Positions 1 through 10,636 of a DNA stretch of 64,000 bases are shown one piece after another. The DNA is from Ostreococcus lucimarinus. Taxonomy: Eukaryota. Location: assembly GCA_000092065.1 (NCBI GenBank), contig CP000585.1. One strand, given 5' to 3'. The notes beneath the pieces were generated by a model. It had not been told where the DNA came from, did not search any database, and was given only the letters and a program-made list of their open reading frames with translations. Within the stretch, counting starts at the first letter, position 1; each line of letters begins with the position of its first letter. The position numbers and the translations under genes are program-made.

Positions 1-677
1 GAGCGAAGAGAAAACGAGATTTAGAGGATCTGGAGGCGCGGGAGCGGAAGGCGGCGAGCGCGGGGGAGGTGGGGGCGGAGCGCGCGGCGCGAGAGCGGTT
101 GCGAGGCGAGTTGGAGCGTTTGCGGCGTCGACGCGAGGAAGCGACGCGGGGGGGGAAGGCGCGAGATGGCGATGGCGTGGGGACGGCGGCGACGACGTCG
201 ACGGTGCCGGAGCACTTGTATCGAGCGCTCAAGGTGGTGTGGCGACGCGACGGCGACGCGGACGACGACGCGTACTCGGCCAAGGAGCTGCGGGAGATTT
301 TTGAAACCTTTGGTCGCATCGAGGACGTCGTGATTCGCGAGGGGAAGAAGAAGAAAGGCAGCGCGCTCGTCGTGTTTGCAGACGGCGACGCGTGCGCCAC
401 GGCGTCTGGGGCGACGTGTGGGCGGTCGAGTAATCCGTTGGTCGTCGCGCGCGCCGCGATTCCTCCGAAAGTCGACGCGGGGGAACCGGCGAAGCGACGG
501 GACGACGCGGCGTCGGGAGGCGTTTCACCGGCGCCGGCGAGCGAAACGACCGCGGCTCGAGCGCCGAGCGTCGCGAATCTAGACTTTGAGAGCGTGGTGC
601 TGGAGCGATTGAAACGCGCGCAAGAGCGCGCTCGGCTCGTCGCAGAGGCGGAAGCGGAAGGCGACGACGAATCGTGA
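1..677 (+). CDS. DnaJ-C17-like protein, C-terminal coiled-coil plus RRM-like region (5' end cut by window edge)
   Basis: The frame stays open from the window start to TGA at 675-677. Segment 'LKVVWRR..ELREIFETFGRIEDVVIREGKKKKGSALVVF' resembles the RRM of DNAJC17/Cwc23-type J proteins. It is preceded by a Glu/Arg-rich coiled coil. Confidence 0.45.
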   Translation, partial: AKRKRDLEDLEARERKAASAGEVGAERAARERLRGELERLRRRREEATRGGKARDGDGVGTAATTSTVPEHLYRALKVVWRRDGDADDDAYSAKELREIFETFGRIEDVVIREGKKKKGSALVVFADGDACATASGATCGRSSNPLVVARAAIPPKVDAGEPAKRRDDAASGGVSPAPASETTAARAPSVANLDFESVVLERLKRAQERARLVAEAEAEGDDES

Positions 678-851
678 TTTTTTATAGCGTGGTAGACACA
701 TCGTGTCGCGTGGCGCGGCGCACAATCTAGTAATCATTGCAATACCGAACATTTCGTGATCGCATCGCGCTCTGAAAGAGTGCTAGAAGAAGTCAAGAGC
801 GACTGCGTCCTCGAAGGCGAGGTCGCGTCTCTTTGCTAAGAATACCCGTCC

Positions 852-1283
852 TCACTTGGCGTACTTCGCCGTCCACTCTCGCGCCGTTTGCAGCGCTCCG
901 TGTTCGTCCGTTTTCCAGTGCTCCGCCACGTTCTCTCGCAAAGGGTCATCTGGGTTCGGCGCGCTCATCAACGCCTGCACGCTGAGTAAAATCGTACGAA
1001 TCTGCAGCGCCGGAGACCACTTATCCTTCAACACGTCCAAACAGATGCGCCCAATCTTATCCGTGTTCGGGTGATAAATTTTCGTCCTGAAGAACACCTC
1101 CGGCGGCGCCATGGGATAATCCGCGGGTAAGAACAGCTCCAACTTGAACTTCCCGCCCTCGTACGCCGTTCCCCGCGGTCCCTCCACGACGACGAAAAAG
1201 TGTCGCAGGTTCGTCTCGCTCACCTCCACCGCGATCCCCGGAATCGGTTCCTGCTGCAATCGCTGCGCCTCCTGCGTCGTCAT
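852..1283 (-). CDS. UBE2N: ubiquitin-conjugating enzyme E2 N (Ubc13)
   Basis: 143-aa product '[82 protein letters not shown]' is near-colinear with Ubc13, including the HPN..C active site. ATG sits at 1283-1281. The ORF continues in-frame upstream to 1694, but only as low-complexity Arg/Thr-rich sequence. Confidence 0.85.
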   Translation of the reverse strand: MTTQEAQRLQQEPIPGIAVEVSETNLRHFFVVVEGPRGTAYEGGKFKLELFLPADYPMAPPEVFFRTKIYHPNTDKIGRICLDVLKDKWSPALQIRTILLSVQALMSAPNPDDPLRENVAEHWKTDEHGALQTAREWTAKYAK

Positions 1284-1669
1284 CGCGCGTCGCGCGCGTC
1301 GTTTCGTCATTCTCGCGTCGTCGCGTCTCGTCGCCTTCCCGTCTCCCGTCTCGCGCGCGCCGTTTTCCCGCGCGTCGCCTTCGCCGCGGTCCGCCGTCGT
1401 CGCGCCCGATTTCACCGCGTCGCGCGTCGTCGTCTCGTTCGTCGTCGTCGTCGTCGTCGCCTTCGCGTCGTCGCCTTCGTCGCGCGTCCGCCGCACCTTG
1501 AGGATCCGTCGCGGGAGCGACGACGCGTCCGCCATCCTCGTCGACCGGCGTCGCCGCGTTCGCGCGCGCGCGTCGCTCGCGTCGCGCGCGTCGCGCGCGT
1601 CGCCGCCCTCGCGCGCTCTCGCGCGTCTCGCGCGCGCGCGCTCGTCGTGCGTCGACGCCGCGCGTCGCG

Positions 1670-2683
1670 ATGTTCGGTCGCGTCGTCGCGGCACTCGCGC
1701 GCGCGATGGCGCCGACGCGCGTCGCCGACGCGCGTCGACGCGGGCCGCACGCGCGCGGGGTCGCGCTCTTCGTCGCGCTCGCGCTGCAGTACGCGTCGCA
1801 GCCGTTCCTGCGCGCGCGCTACGCGGCGAACGCGCGCGCGTCGGCGCTCGTGCTGAGCGTCGAGATCGCCAAGGCGACGCTGTGCGCGTGCGCGCTGCTG
1901 CGACGACGCGAGACGCGAGGGGCGCTGCGACGGGCGTCCGCGCGGTCGCTGCTCGCGTCGGGCGCGCCGGCGGCGGTGTACGCGGCGCAGAACGTGCTGC
2001 TGCAGAGGGGCGCGCGCGCGCTGGACGGCGTGACGTTCAACTGCCTGAACCAGACGAAGCTCGCGAGCGCGGCGGCGTTTCTGTGGCTGGGAGGGGCGCG
2101 GCAGAGCCGAGCGCAGTGCTTGGCGCTGGTGGGGACGCTCGCGGCGGCGGTGAATCTGTTCGGGGGGGAGACGGCGGCGAGCGGCGGCGGCGGCGCGGCG
2201 AGCGCGGCGGCGCGCGCGGCGGGCGCGACGAGCGTGTTGGTGGCGTCTGCGCTGTCGGGATTGTCGGGAGCGATGTGTCAGTTCGCGCTGCAGGGGAGCG
2301 AGAAGCTTCCGGCGATGATGACGCTGGAGATGGCGATCACGGGGGTGCCGATGGTGTTGCTCGCGGAGCGCGTCGCCGCCGGCGACGAGTTTCGCCTGAG
2401 CGCGGTGTACGAGTCGTGGACGGCTTGGGCGCTCGTTCCCGTGCTGTCGAGCGCGATCGGTGGGATACTGGTGGGGGAGATCACGAAGCGATTAGGTTCG
2501 ATCGCGAAGGGGTTCGCCGTGACGTGCGGTTTGGTGCTGACGGGGGTGTTTCAGAGCGTCTTCGCGGGCGCGGCGCCGCCTCGCGCGCACGTCGTGAGTT
2601 TGATCGTCATCGTCATCAGCACTTGGGTGCACACCGCGTTTCCGCCAGTCGAGAAGCGTAAGAAGAAGCGCAAGACGGGTTGA
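1670..2683 (+). CDS. nucleotide-sugar transporter (SLC35A/UDP-Gal-type, multi-TM)
   Basis: 337-aa hydrophobic protein. Motifs '[10 protein letters not shown]', '[40 protein letters not shown]' and a C-terminal K-rich tail are typical of Golgi nucleotide-sugar transporters. Confidence 0.6.
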   Translation: MFGRVVAALARAMAPTRVADARRRGPHARGVALFVALALQYASQPFLRARYAANARASALVLSVEIAKATLCACALLRRRETRGALRRASARSLLASGAPAAVYAAQNVLLQRGARALDGVTFNCLNQTKLASAAAFLWLGGARQSRAQCLALVGTLAAAVNLFGGETAASGGGGAASAAARAAGATSVLVASALSGLSGAMCQFALQGSEKLPAMMTLEMAITGVPMVLLAERVAAGDEFRLSAVYESWTAWALVPVLSSAIGGILVGEITKRLGSIAKGFAVTCGLVLTGVFQSVFAGAAPPRAHVVSLIVIVISTWVHTAFPPVEKRKKKRKTG

Positions 2684-2777
2684 GCGAGGGTGTGTCGTAG
2701 CGATAGCATTCGGTTGGAATAGTATTTGGTAGTATTTCTAAGCGCCGAGGGCGCGTGCCCGTTGAGGGCGCTATGCG

Positions 2778-4328
2778 CTATCTTCTATAATCTTTCCACG
2801 ACTCGCGAGCGGTCATCGCGCGCATGAGGCTTAGAAATAAAATACTCAGCACGCTTCCCGTCATAGCGGCCACGTTGAACGTCATCGAAAAGTCTGGCGT
2901 GGGAAGAAGCAGGAGGAGACTGTTCATGTACAGCGTCTCGGGAGCCACTGAGGATGCTCGAAGTTTATCGAGAAACGCGCTCGCCTGCTGCGTACGAGGC
3001 ACACGTGTGTCGGCGTGGATGACACGGAACGCATCGAATCGAGCCGGAGGTAAGTCGAACCCACGGTTCGCGTCCGGAGGAAACTCTTGCGCTCGAAGGA
3101 AACCTTTGTCGAAATCAAGGCGCAAGCGAAGCATCGAGGCGTTCGCTGGAAGCACCATTTGTAACTCAAGCAATGAAGAACGCACGCGATCTTCTGCGGG
3201 CACGAAGTGCATTTCATCCAACACTTCGCGCGACACCGCGACTCCGTCCAGCTCGATAGAAAGCGTGTGCATGTACAGCTTCACGAACCAAGGAAGCGGC
3301 TGGAACAAACGAGCACGTATGGGCGGCGACGAGTTCGCGCTCGATTCCAGCGCCGGCCGCTCGATATCGATCACAATACCACCGAACTCATTCCCAGTGC
3401 CCGTCAAGAACCGTTCGACGTACAGCGTGGGCGTGCGATGGTTGACTCCGAGAGCGTCGGCGTCGAACGCCGCCGACGACGACAAATTGAAAGTCGCGAT
3501 ATCATCTCCATCGCGCGCGTGAACGTACGAGCCATCGGCGGCGACGCAGACGTCACTCGCCACTCGCTGGATCGTTCCGATAATTTCAGCGTACGACTCG
3601 CTAGCATCTGGCAACACCATCATCAAAGTTTGCTCGGATCGCGTGTAACCGTCGCCATCCTTGGACAACCTCACGCCGAACGTCAAATGTCTCGCGCTAA
3701 ACACTTCGTGCGCAGTTTTCAGCGCCTTTGCCAATCCCGCTCTATCGCGACAAGGCAACTGCTTCAACCACGGCGCTAAGTTCTCCACGCACACCGCCTC
3801 TTGCGGTAAACTCGCGTGCTTCACCGTCGCGGCGTCGCTCGCCCGTCGCGCCGACGACGCCTCCCCATCCCAAGCGTTAAATCCCAACACCGGTGACGTC
3901 ACCGCCGTAGACGTCCCCAGCGCGCTCAGAGACGCGCAGAACGTCCCGCCGAGCGCCGTCGTCGCGTCTCGCCACCCTCGCTCGGCGTCCTCGTCCGCGC
4001 GCCACGTCCCGAGCGCCTCCGCGCCGATCGGTTTCGCCACCACCGGCGGCGCCCCCCATCGCCGCGCGTTCCAACGCCCGCGTCCGAACCACAGTTCGAG
4101 CGTTTCTGCGCGTGATTTCGCGAGCACCGCGCGCAGGGGCTTGGCCATGACGGCGGAGTGTCGTTCGAGCTCATGCTCGGTGGTGGTGAAGGTGAACACC
4201 AAGGCGACGGCGTCGTCGCGTAAACGCTCGATGAGGACCTCCTCGACGAAAGATGCGCGCGCCGCGACGATGGGGATCATCGCGGCTAACGCCAGGAAGA
4301 CGGCGCATGGGAACGCGCGCGCGCGCAT
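2778..4328 (-). CDS. GPI-transamidase subunit PIG-T/Gpi16-like (signal peptide plus C-terminal TM)
   Basis: 516 aa. N-terminal signal peptide 'MRARAFPCAVFLALAAMIPIVAARA' and C-terminal TM 'LLLLLPTPDFSMTFNVAAMTGSVLSILFLSLM'. The luminal domain has PIG-T-like blocks ('PWFVKLYMHTLSIELDG', 'FDKGFLRAQEFPPDANRGFDLP'). The family assignment is from memory of motifs, not a search. Confidence 0.45.
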   Translation of the reverse strand: MRARAFPCAVFLALAAMIPIVAARASFVEEVLIERLRDDAVALVFTFTTTEHELERHSAVMAKPLRAVLAKSRAETLELWFGRGRWNARRWGAPPVVAKPIGAEALGTWRADEDAERGWRDATTALGGTFCASLSALGTSTAVTSPVLGFNAWDGEASSARRASDAATVKHASLPQEAVCVENLAPWLKQLPCRDRAGLAKALKTAHEVFSARHLTFGVRLSKDGDGYTRSEQTLMMVLPDASESYAEIIGTIQRVASDVCVAADGSYVHARDGDDIATFNLSSSAAFDADALGVNHRTPTLYVERFLTGTGNEFGGIVIDIERPALESSANSSPPIRARLFQPLPWFVKLYMHTLSIELDGVAVSREVLDEMHFVPAEDRVRSSLLELQMVLPANASMLRLRLDFDKGFLRAQEFPPDANRGFDLPPARFDAFRVIHADTRVPRTQQASAFLDKLRASSVAPETLYMNSLLLLLPTPDFSMTFNVAAMTGSVLSILFLSLMRAMTARESWKDYRR

Positions 4329-4369
4329 CGCGTTCTGCGGCGTATAGTGTTTGATGATTCGTCAACTGG

Positions 4370-6588
4370 CTAGAGTGGAAATTCGCGTCGAAGAGCGCCG
4401 ATGTCGTGCTTGTCGACGTGTTCTAAGAGATCTAATCGTCCGGTGCAACCAAGACTGATGCGGACGTAGCCCCAGGTCGGACTTTCGGGGTTGGGATTCA
4501 TCGATAACGCGCGAATGTAATAAGGCATCGACTCGGCGTACCGGCCTTGGTTGGCATAACTGATGCCCATGTTTGACCACGCGCGAACGTAGTTGGGTTT
4601 GATGGTCAGCGCGCGGCGATATGCCCCTACTGCGTCGGCACTCTCGGCGCCGTTCGCCTGCGTGGCGCCGATTTTGTTCCACAATGAATGGTCGTCGGGG
4701 CGCAAATTGGCGGCTCGTTGAAAGGCGTTGACTGCGTCTTCGTAATTCCTCGTCAAATGCGCCATGACACCGAGCACAGTTTGCACGTCAGCGTCGTTCG
4801 GTGCTTGTCGAGCGGCTTCTCTGAACATTGCCATGACGTTTTCGGGCGTGTGTGGCGCTTGTCCGGCGGCGATGTGTTTGAAGCGCTCTTGACTTCCGAG
4901 CCACTCACACGCGTGGCCGAGGGCTTCATCCTGGTCCAGCTCGTTCGCGTGGCTCACAGCGAGGGCGAGTAGAACATTTGGATTTTGCGGGTTCGCCTCG
5001 TACGCTTTTGACATCGCCGCGATGGCTTGCTGGTCATCGTCATTTTCCGCTTGGATGCGTCCCAGATGGTACCACGCTTCGCTGTTGCTCTGATCTTGAC
5101 GCACCCACGCCTCAGCGGCGAGGGCAGCTTCGGCGAGTACGCCCGTCTTTGCCAATTCCATCGTTTTCTCTTGCAAACCACTTTGACCGAGGTATGGGTT
5201 CGGGTCGGTGAATTTGTAGTTGCTCCGTTCTGAAAGCGGATTTTGTTGCATTTCGTCCCAAACGTTTTGCATCCATTCTGGGTTGTTGCGCTGCATATCT
5301 TCAAACTCGCTCGCCCACTCGCGCGGTACGTTCTTGAACTCTTCTGCCCAATCGTCGACGTTTGACTGCCTTTGCGATTCCATCTCGCGCTGCGAGAATT
5401 GCTGCGCCCACGCTTGGCTCGTCGGATTTTGACGCTGCATCTGCGCTGTAAACTGGTCCGCCCATTGAGGTTGCGGTTGCTGTGTTTGCTCGATGAACTC
5501 GGCCGCCCATCGCTCACCTTGGTCCACATGCCGCGCCTGAGGTGCCGCGTTTACCTCCTGCAAACCGTCTTCTCTCACGACGACTTGCCCGCTACCAAGT
5601 TTGGACATGAGTTGCGCGAATTTAGAATTCGCAAACTTTGGATCGGCGTTCAACGTCGCCGCAAGCTCACTACTTTGTTTCGCAGTTTGTGCCGCAACGT
5701 CAGTAAGCGGTGCTTGCACATCACTGGCGTGTTGTTGTGAAAACTCGTCCGCCCATCTGTTTTGCGCCGCGCCAAACTCCTCGCCCCAGCGCGTGCCTTG
5801 ATTTGATCTGTACTCTTGCGCCCACGCATCGGCGCGCGGTGGCGCGTGCATCGTGTGTGGCGGCGGCGGGTGGTTGTGAAACTCGTTTGCCCACTGCGCG
5901 TGCCTTGAAGTCTCAACATTCGCGAATTCTTCCGCCCAGGAACTCGGCGACGCCTGCGCGTGAAGTGGTTGCTGAAATCCGCGCGCCCAGCGGTCGCCGC
6001 GCTGCATCTCGCGAAGCATCGCCGCATTATGCGCCATCTGCGCTCGGGCGCTCATCTCAGCGTCATCCATGCGCATGCGCTCGAAGCCGTCTTCCATCTC
6101 CCCCTGCGACTGCAAATGTCTCGCCATCACAGCGCTCCTATTTCGAGCGAACGACTTCTCCAGCGCCGACGCCCCGCGCGCGTCCAACCTCGCATCCGGC
6201 ACCATCTGCACCGGTGCCGCCGCATATCGACCACTCGCACGCATCGTTCCTTCACGCACGTCTTCCACACCGTCCAACAGCCCCTCTCTCGCTAAATGTA
6301 ACCCATTCGCCGCGTTCGCCGCGCCTCGCGCGAGTTGGTCTGCGCGCCGAGTCCAACCGTCAGTCACGTCGTCTCGCGCGTCGTCTCGCGCGTCGCGTCG
6401 AGCGTCCGCGCGCACGAACCTCGTTCGCTCGCGCGCTGTATCTGTTGTTCGCGCGCGCGCGTGCCTCGATCGCCGAGTAAGACGTCGGCGACGCGCGCGA
6501 TTGGATTCGCGGCGCTCGACGGACCGGCGCCGTCGCTGGGTTCGCACGACGCGCCGCCGGTCGCGAGATCGCGCATGAACCTCGACAT
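4370..6588 (-). CDS. PEX5: peroxisomal targeting signal 1 receptor PEX5 (2 exons: 6588..6420 and 6339..4370)
   Basis: C-terminal TPR domain matches PEX5 ('LWNKIGATQANGAESADAVGAYRRALTIKPNYVRAWSNMGISYANQG'). The N-half carries at least 10 WxxxF/Y pentapeptides (WAEEF, WANEF, WAQEY, WADEF, WADQF, WAQQF, WASEF...). The conserved PEX5 N-terminus 'MSRFMRDLATGG..SSAANPIARVADVLLG' lies in a separate upstream ORF (ATG 6588). It is joined in phase by an 80-nt intron (G|GTTCGT..CTGAC..CAG|AC), and the split codon G+AC gives Asp. Confidence 0.8.
6340..6419 (-). other. predicted spliceosomal intron of PEX5 (80 nt)
   Basis: On the minus strand: donor GTTCGT at 6419-6414, branch CTGAC at 6363-6359 (A is 19 nt upstream of the acceptor), acceptor CAG at 6342-6340. 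Splicing restores frame between the exon with the conserved N-terminus and the TPR/WxxxF body. Confidence 0.55.
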
Positions 6589-6704
6589 CGCGCCGCGGGT
6601 TCGAGCGTGCGGTCGGCGCGGTCGCGCGGGTCGAGTTGTAACGTAGGCGTCTGCGTTGGGTTGCGTCACGTCGCGTTTGGTATTGCAATTGACGGCGCAA
6701 GGAA

Positions 6705-8282
6705 TCACGTGAGCACGAGGGCGATCTCGCTAGGTTCTAAATCTTCCAATATCCGCCAGTTGTAGAGGTAATAGTGCAAATTCCCGTCGCCGATGCCGAA
6801 ATTGAGCGCGCTCAGGAAGGATTCGTTTTCCATCAAATCGAGCGCGTTGAAGACGTCGAATGCGTTGTTTCGCGCCAAAATGAGGGCGTCTTCCATGAGC
6901 TTCACGAGCGGCATGGACGTCGCGACGTTGTAATACGAGTACGCCGCCTTCAGAGTTTTGTGCTTGGTTTTGCTGTGAATGATTTGCGACGGTAAGTTGT
7001 AAAAGCTGACGAAGTCGGTGATCTTGTTCGTCTTCTCGTCCTCGACGACGTATGAAAACACGACGTCCTCGCGCGGCAACAACCAGTGCCGAACTTCGGC
7101 CTCATTCATTATGGGCGCCACGGCGAATCTAGTCAAATATTTGCTCAACAACGCCGTCACGCGTGGAACGTCGGCCTCGGTCATGTGACGCAACCCTTCC
7201 GATTTTGGCTTCGCGGCAAGCTTGAACATCTGCACCGCGCGTGACATCGAGGCGTCGCGACCCAGGCGCGTGAATCCGATGTCGACGAGCTTTTTAATAT
7301 CCAAACTCCGATGCCAATAACGCGCTTTCGATATCGGCTTCGGCAACAGCACTCCCGCGGTGTACGTCGCTTGCCACACATCTTTCGCGTTGACCCGTCG
7401 CGTAATCTCCTTGATGAGCGTCGGCGCGATGCGCTTCGAGCGCAACTTTTTATGAATGCACAAGAAATTGATCTCCGCCAAGTCGATTTCTTTCCCCTTC
7501 ACCCTGAGTTTCGCCGGCACGCCCGTGATGAACGCCACGAGCGTCTGCGTCACCTTCAACCGCACTCCAACGTGCCAATCACCGTGATACTCCGGCGGTC
7601 GCAGCGCCCACTTTAAAAACTCTTGCGAGTATTGAAATCGAAACATCGCGTCGTCGTCCTCCACGTAGTTGTTCGTCAACAGCTCGTACACCTCCTCCTG
7701 CGTCCTCGAGTCCGTCATATCGCACGAGCACCACTCGTACCCCGGCGGCAGCGCGCCTCCGCTCTCGCTCGTCTCACTCGCGAGTTTCGGCGGGTCGATC
7801 GGTCCTTCCCGCAGCTCCGCGCCGCGCGACGTGTCCTCGCCGAATTGTCGCACGGGTTGCGTCTCCCAGAATTCGTGCGACGGCATTCGCGACGTCCGCT
7901 TCCCTTCGCGTTCGGCGAGGTGATGCTTCACGAGCGCGTCGACCACGCTCGACACCGTCGGCGCGTCGCCGTCGCGCGCGCGATCGACATCGCCTTCGAC
8001 ATCTCGTCCGCGCACCGCGTCGTTTCGCGCGTCGCGCGCGTCCGACGCGTCGGCGCCGACGACGCGCGCGTTCGCGTCGGCGCTCGCGGCGCGCGGCGCC
8101 GCGTCGGCGTCGGCGTCGGCGCGCATGTCGCGTCCAGCGCGTCGGAGTGCGGGCCGACGCCGTTCATCGGCAGAGCGCGACGCGTCGGCGAGCGCGCGAG
8201 ACACCGAGTCGGCGCGCGAGCGCGCGCGAGCGATCGACGCGTCGACGCTCAGACGCATAGACGCCCGGACGCGTCGAGACAT
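6705..8282 (-). CDS. NMT: glycylpeptide N-tetradecanoyltransferase (N-myristoyltransferase)
   Basis: 'FWETQPV..FGE', 'FRFQYSQEFLKWAL', 'EINFLCIHKKLRSKRIAPTLIKEITRR' and the C-terminal 'GDGNLHYYLYNWR' are canonical NMT blocks. There is a long basic/Ala-rich N-terminal extension; an alternative ATG lies at 7886. Confidence 0.85.
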   Translation of the reverse strand: MSRRVRASMRLSVDASIARARSRADSVSRALADASRSADERRRPALRRAGRDMRADADADAAPRAASADANARVVGADASDARDARNDAVRGRDVEGDVDRARDGDAPTVSSVVDALVKHHLAEREGKRTSRMPSHEFWETQPVRQFGEDTSRGAELREGPIDPPKLASETSESGGALPPGYEWCSCDMTDSRTQEEVYELLTNNYVEDDDAMFRFQYSQEFLKWALRPPEYHGDWHVGVRLKVTQTLVAFITGVPAKLRVKGKEIDLAEINFLCIHKKLRSKRIAPTLIKEITRRVNAKDVWQATYTAGVLLPKPISKARYWHRSLDIKKLVDIGFTRLGRDASMSRAVQMFKLAAKPKSEGLRHMTEADVPRVTALLSKYLTRFAVAPIMNEAEVRHWLLPREDVVFSYVVEDEKTNKITDFVSFYNLPSQIIHSKTKHKTLKAAYSYYNVATSMPLVKLMEDALILARNNAFDVFNALDLMENESFLSALNFGIGDGNLHYYLYNWRILEDLEPSEIALVLT

Positions 8283-8404
8283 CGAGGCGCGCGCGCGCCG
8301 CGCGCGCGAACGCGTCGAACGCGCGCGCGGAAGACGCCAGGTGGTGACGAGAACGGCTTTGACGACGCGCGCGAGACGCGAGACGCGCGAGACGGAAGCG
8401 CGCG

Positions 8405-9547
8405 ATGAAGTGGTACCTAGGGTATACCACCGCGCACCACGTCACGGGGTTCTTAGCGTGGACGAGCGCGATCGTCGCCGTCGCGCTCGTCGCCATGCAC
8501 GTGAAGCACTACACCATGCCGCGGGTGCAGCGACACATAAATCGAGTGATTCTCGTCGTGCCCGTGTTCTCGTTGCTGAGCTGGATCTCGCTCGTGATCG
8601 AAAATAATAAGGCGGAGTTCTACATCGAGGTCGTGCGAGATTGCTACGAGAGCTGGGTGGTGTACAACTTTTTGAATCTTTGTCTGGCGTACGTCGGCGG
8701 ACCGGGCGCCATCGTGAACGCCATGGCTGGGAAGGAGATCAAAGTCGGTTCTTGGTTGCGCGGGACGTGCATCTTTGATCGTGATTTAGTGGTAGATGGG
8801 AACTACATTCGGCGGTGCAAACAAGGATGCTTGCAGTTCGTGTTTATCAAGCCGATTTTGTCGGTTATAGAAATCGTGCTGCAAGCCAAAGGGAAGCTCG
8901 GCGACGGACAGATCAACTTTTTGAAGGCGTACGTGTACATTCTCTTCGTGTATAACATTTCATACACACTCGCTTTGTACGCGCTGTGGATGTTTTACTT
9001 GGGCGCACACGACCCACTGGCGAAGTACAATCCGTTACTCAAGTTTATCATCGTCAAGAGCGTGATCTTTTTGAGCTTTTGGCAAAGCTTCTTCACCGCC
9101 ATGGCGGTGCGCACGGGAAGTTTGGATAGCCCCGAAGAAGGTCGCGCGGTGCAGGACGTACTTATTTGCTGCGAGATGTTCGTCGTATCGTTGATGATGT
9201 GGTTCGCGTTCCCATACACCGATTTCGTCGACCCAACGGGCGCCAAGCGTGGCTTCGTCTCCAACGTCGTCAACTTTGTCTCTGTGCGCGACGTCTTTGA
9301 CGATACGGTGCATCAGTTTGGGGCGACATATCAAGACTACACGCTTCACGGTGACGGAGAGACACCGGATAGGACGGTGAAGATGCGTACATTCGTTCCT
9401 ATGGGTCGTTCGAGCGCACCCGAGCACGACACCGCGAGCCTGTCGGCGAACGCGTCGGTGTGGGACGACCTGGAAGCGGCGGCAAACGCGCCCCCGCTTC
9501 GAAGCGACGCGCCTGAACACGAGTTGGCGACGATCGGCGAAGAATAA
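8405..9547 (+). CDS. TMEM184/OSTalpha-family (DUF300) 7-TM transporter-like protein
   Basis: 380 aa. 'YESWVVYNFLNLCLAYVGGPGAI', 'FVFIKPILSVIEIVL' and 'KFIIVKSVIFLSFWQ' are typical of the TMEM184/Solute-carrier OST-alpha family. Confidence 0.65.
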   Translation: MKWYLGYTTAHHVTGFLAWTSAIVAVALVAMHVKHYTMPRVQRHINRVILVVPVFSLLSWISLVIENNKAEFYIEVVRDCYESWVVYNFLNLCLAYVGGPGAIVNAMAGKEIKVGSWLRGTCIFDRDLVVDGNYIRRCKQGCLQFVFIKPILSVIEIVLQAKGKLGDGQINFLKAYVYILFVYNISYTLALYALWMFYLGAHDPLAKYNPLLKFIIVKSVIFLSFWQSFFTAMAVRTGSLDSPEEGRAVQDVLICCEMFVVSLMMWFAFPYTDFVDPTGAKRGFVSNVVNFVSVRDVFDDTVHQFGATYQDYTLHGDGETPDRTVKMRTFVPMGRSSAPEHDTASLSANASVWDDLEAAANAPPLRSDAPEHELATIGEE

Positions 9548-9618
9548 AATTAGGAATGAGTTAGCGGATGAGTTGTTAGTACCAGATATAATTACATGGA
9601 CGGAAATACATGCCAGCG

Positions 9619-10545
9619 TCAATCCAGATAGAACAAGGTGACGAGCTTTCGCATAGTTTTCGCGTTGCGGCACGTTTCGAGCAAAAGTCTGGAATCGTGA
9701 AAAGCGAAGACGATGATTTGTTTCACCTTACTCACGATCGTGTCGTTGCATATCCTCGACGCCTCTACGAGAGGCATGCCGTCGTTCTCCGGGGCTTCGA
9801 CGATTTGCGCCACGCCCTCCAACAGCTCCCTCGATTCTCGCGGTTGCTTGGCCAGACTTTGCGGTAAAACCACTGTGAGCAATTCGGGCTGCTCGGCGCG
9901 AAGCGCCCCTCTGATCACCGCCGCGTTCGTCCCGGTGGCACCACTCGTGTATATGTGATTCCCCGTCAAACAAAGCGCGTACGCCAAAATTTCAATCAAC
10001 TGCTGGTGCATGAAACCCATATTCCTCGTCCCGAAGAAGCCGATTTCCTTCGGGCAGTCCTCTTGAATCGCGATGAGCTCTTGCAAGTAATCCACATCCA
10101 GCGTCATCCCGCTCGGTTTATCCTCAACCGCGGCCACACCTTTCACGACAGCCTCACCTTGCGTCGACAGCCCGTCGCCCGAGTAATCCGCGCCGAACAA
10201 ACCCTCCAAATCTTCTCGCGGTCCGCCGCGCGTCGTCTCGCGACCCCGGTCGCCGACGTCGCCGGCGTCTCGCGACACCGACGTCTCATCCCGCGCGCCC
10301 GCGCGCGCCCGCGCGTCTCTCTCGCGCGCTCCGCGCGTCATCGTCGTCCGCGACGCGCGCGTCATCGCGTCTCCGCGCGTCGCGCGTCGCGCGTCGTCGC
10401 CGCGATGATCCCATCGCACCGGTGCCGACACGCGTCGCCGTTCGAGCGTCGCGACCGGTCCCGCGCGCGCGCCGGCGCCGCGCGCGCGCGCTCGAAACGC
10501 TCGCGCGTCCCCCACCGCGCGCGTCGCGCCGCGCATCGTCGACAT
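9619..10545 (-). CDS. DprA/SMF-like (SLOG Rossmann) family protein with Arg/Ala-rich presequence
   Basis: The C-terminal 200 aa, 'GFFGTRNMGF..YTSGATGTNAAVIRGAL..LLTVVLPQSL..EAPENDGMPLVEASRICNDTIVSKVKQIIVFAF', follow the DprA recombination-mediator Rossmann pattern. The N-terminal ~110 aa are Arg/Ala-rich, like an organellar transit peptide. Confidence 0.4.
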   Translation of the reverse strand: MSTMRGATRAVGDARAFRARARGAGARAGPVATLERRRVSAPVRWDHRGDDARRATRGDAMTRASRTTMTRGARERDARARAGARDETSVSRDAGDVGDRGRETTRGGPREDLEGLFGADYSGDGLSTQGEAVVKGVAAVEDKPSGMTLDVDYLQELIAIQEDCPKEIGFFGTRNMGFMHQQLIEILAYALCLTGNHIYTSGATGTNAAVIRGALRAEQPELLTVVLPQSLAKQPRESRELLEGVAQIVEAPENDGMPLVEASRICNDTIVSKVKQIIVFAFHDSRLLLETCRNAKTMRKLVTLFYLD

Positions 10546-10636
10546 CGCGCGCGCGTCGCGATCTCAAGTTTCGACGCCACCATCGCGCGCGCACGACGCC
10601 CGTCCCGCCGCACTGCGCGACGCGCGGTCGGCGGAG

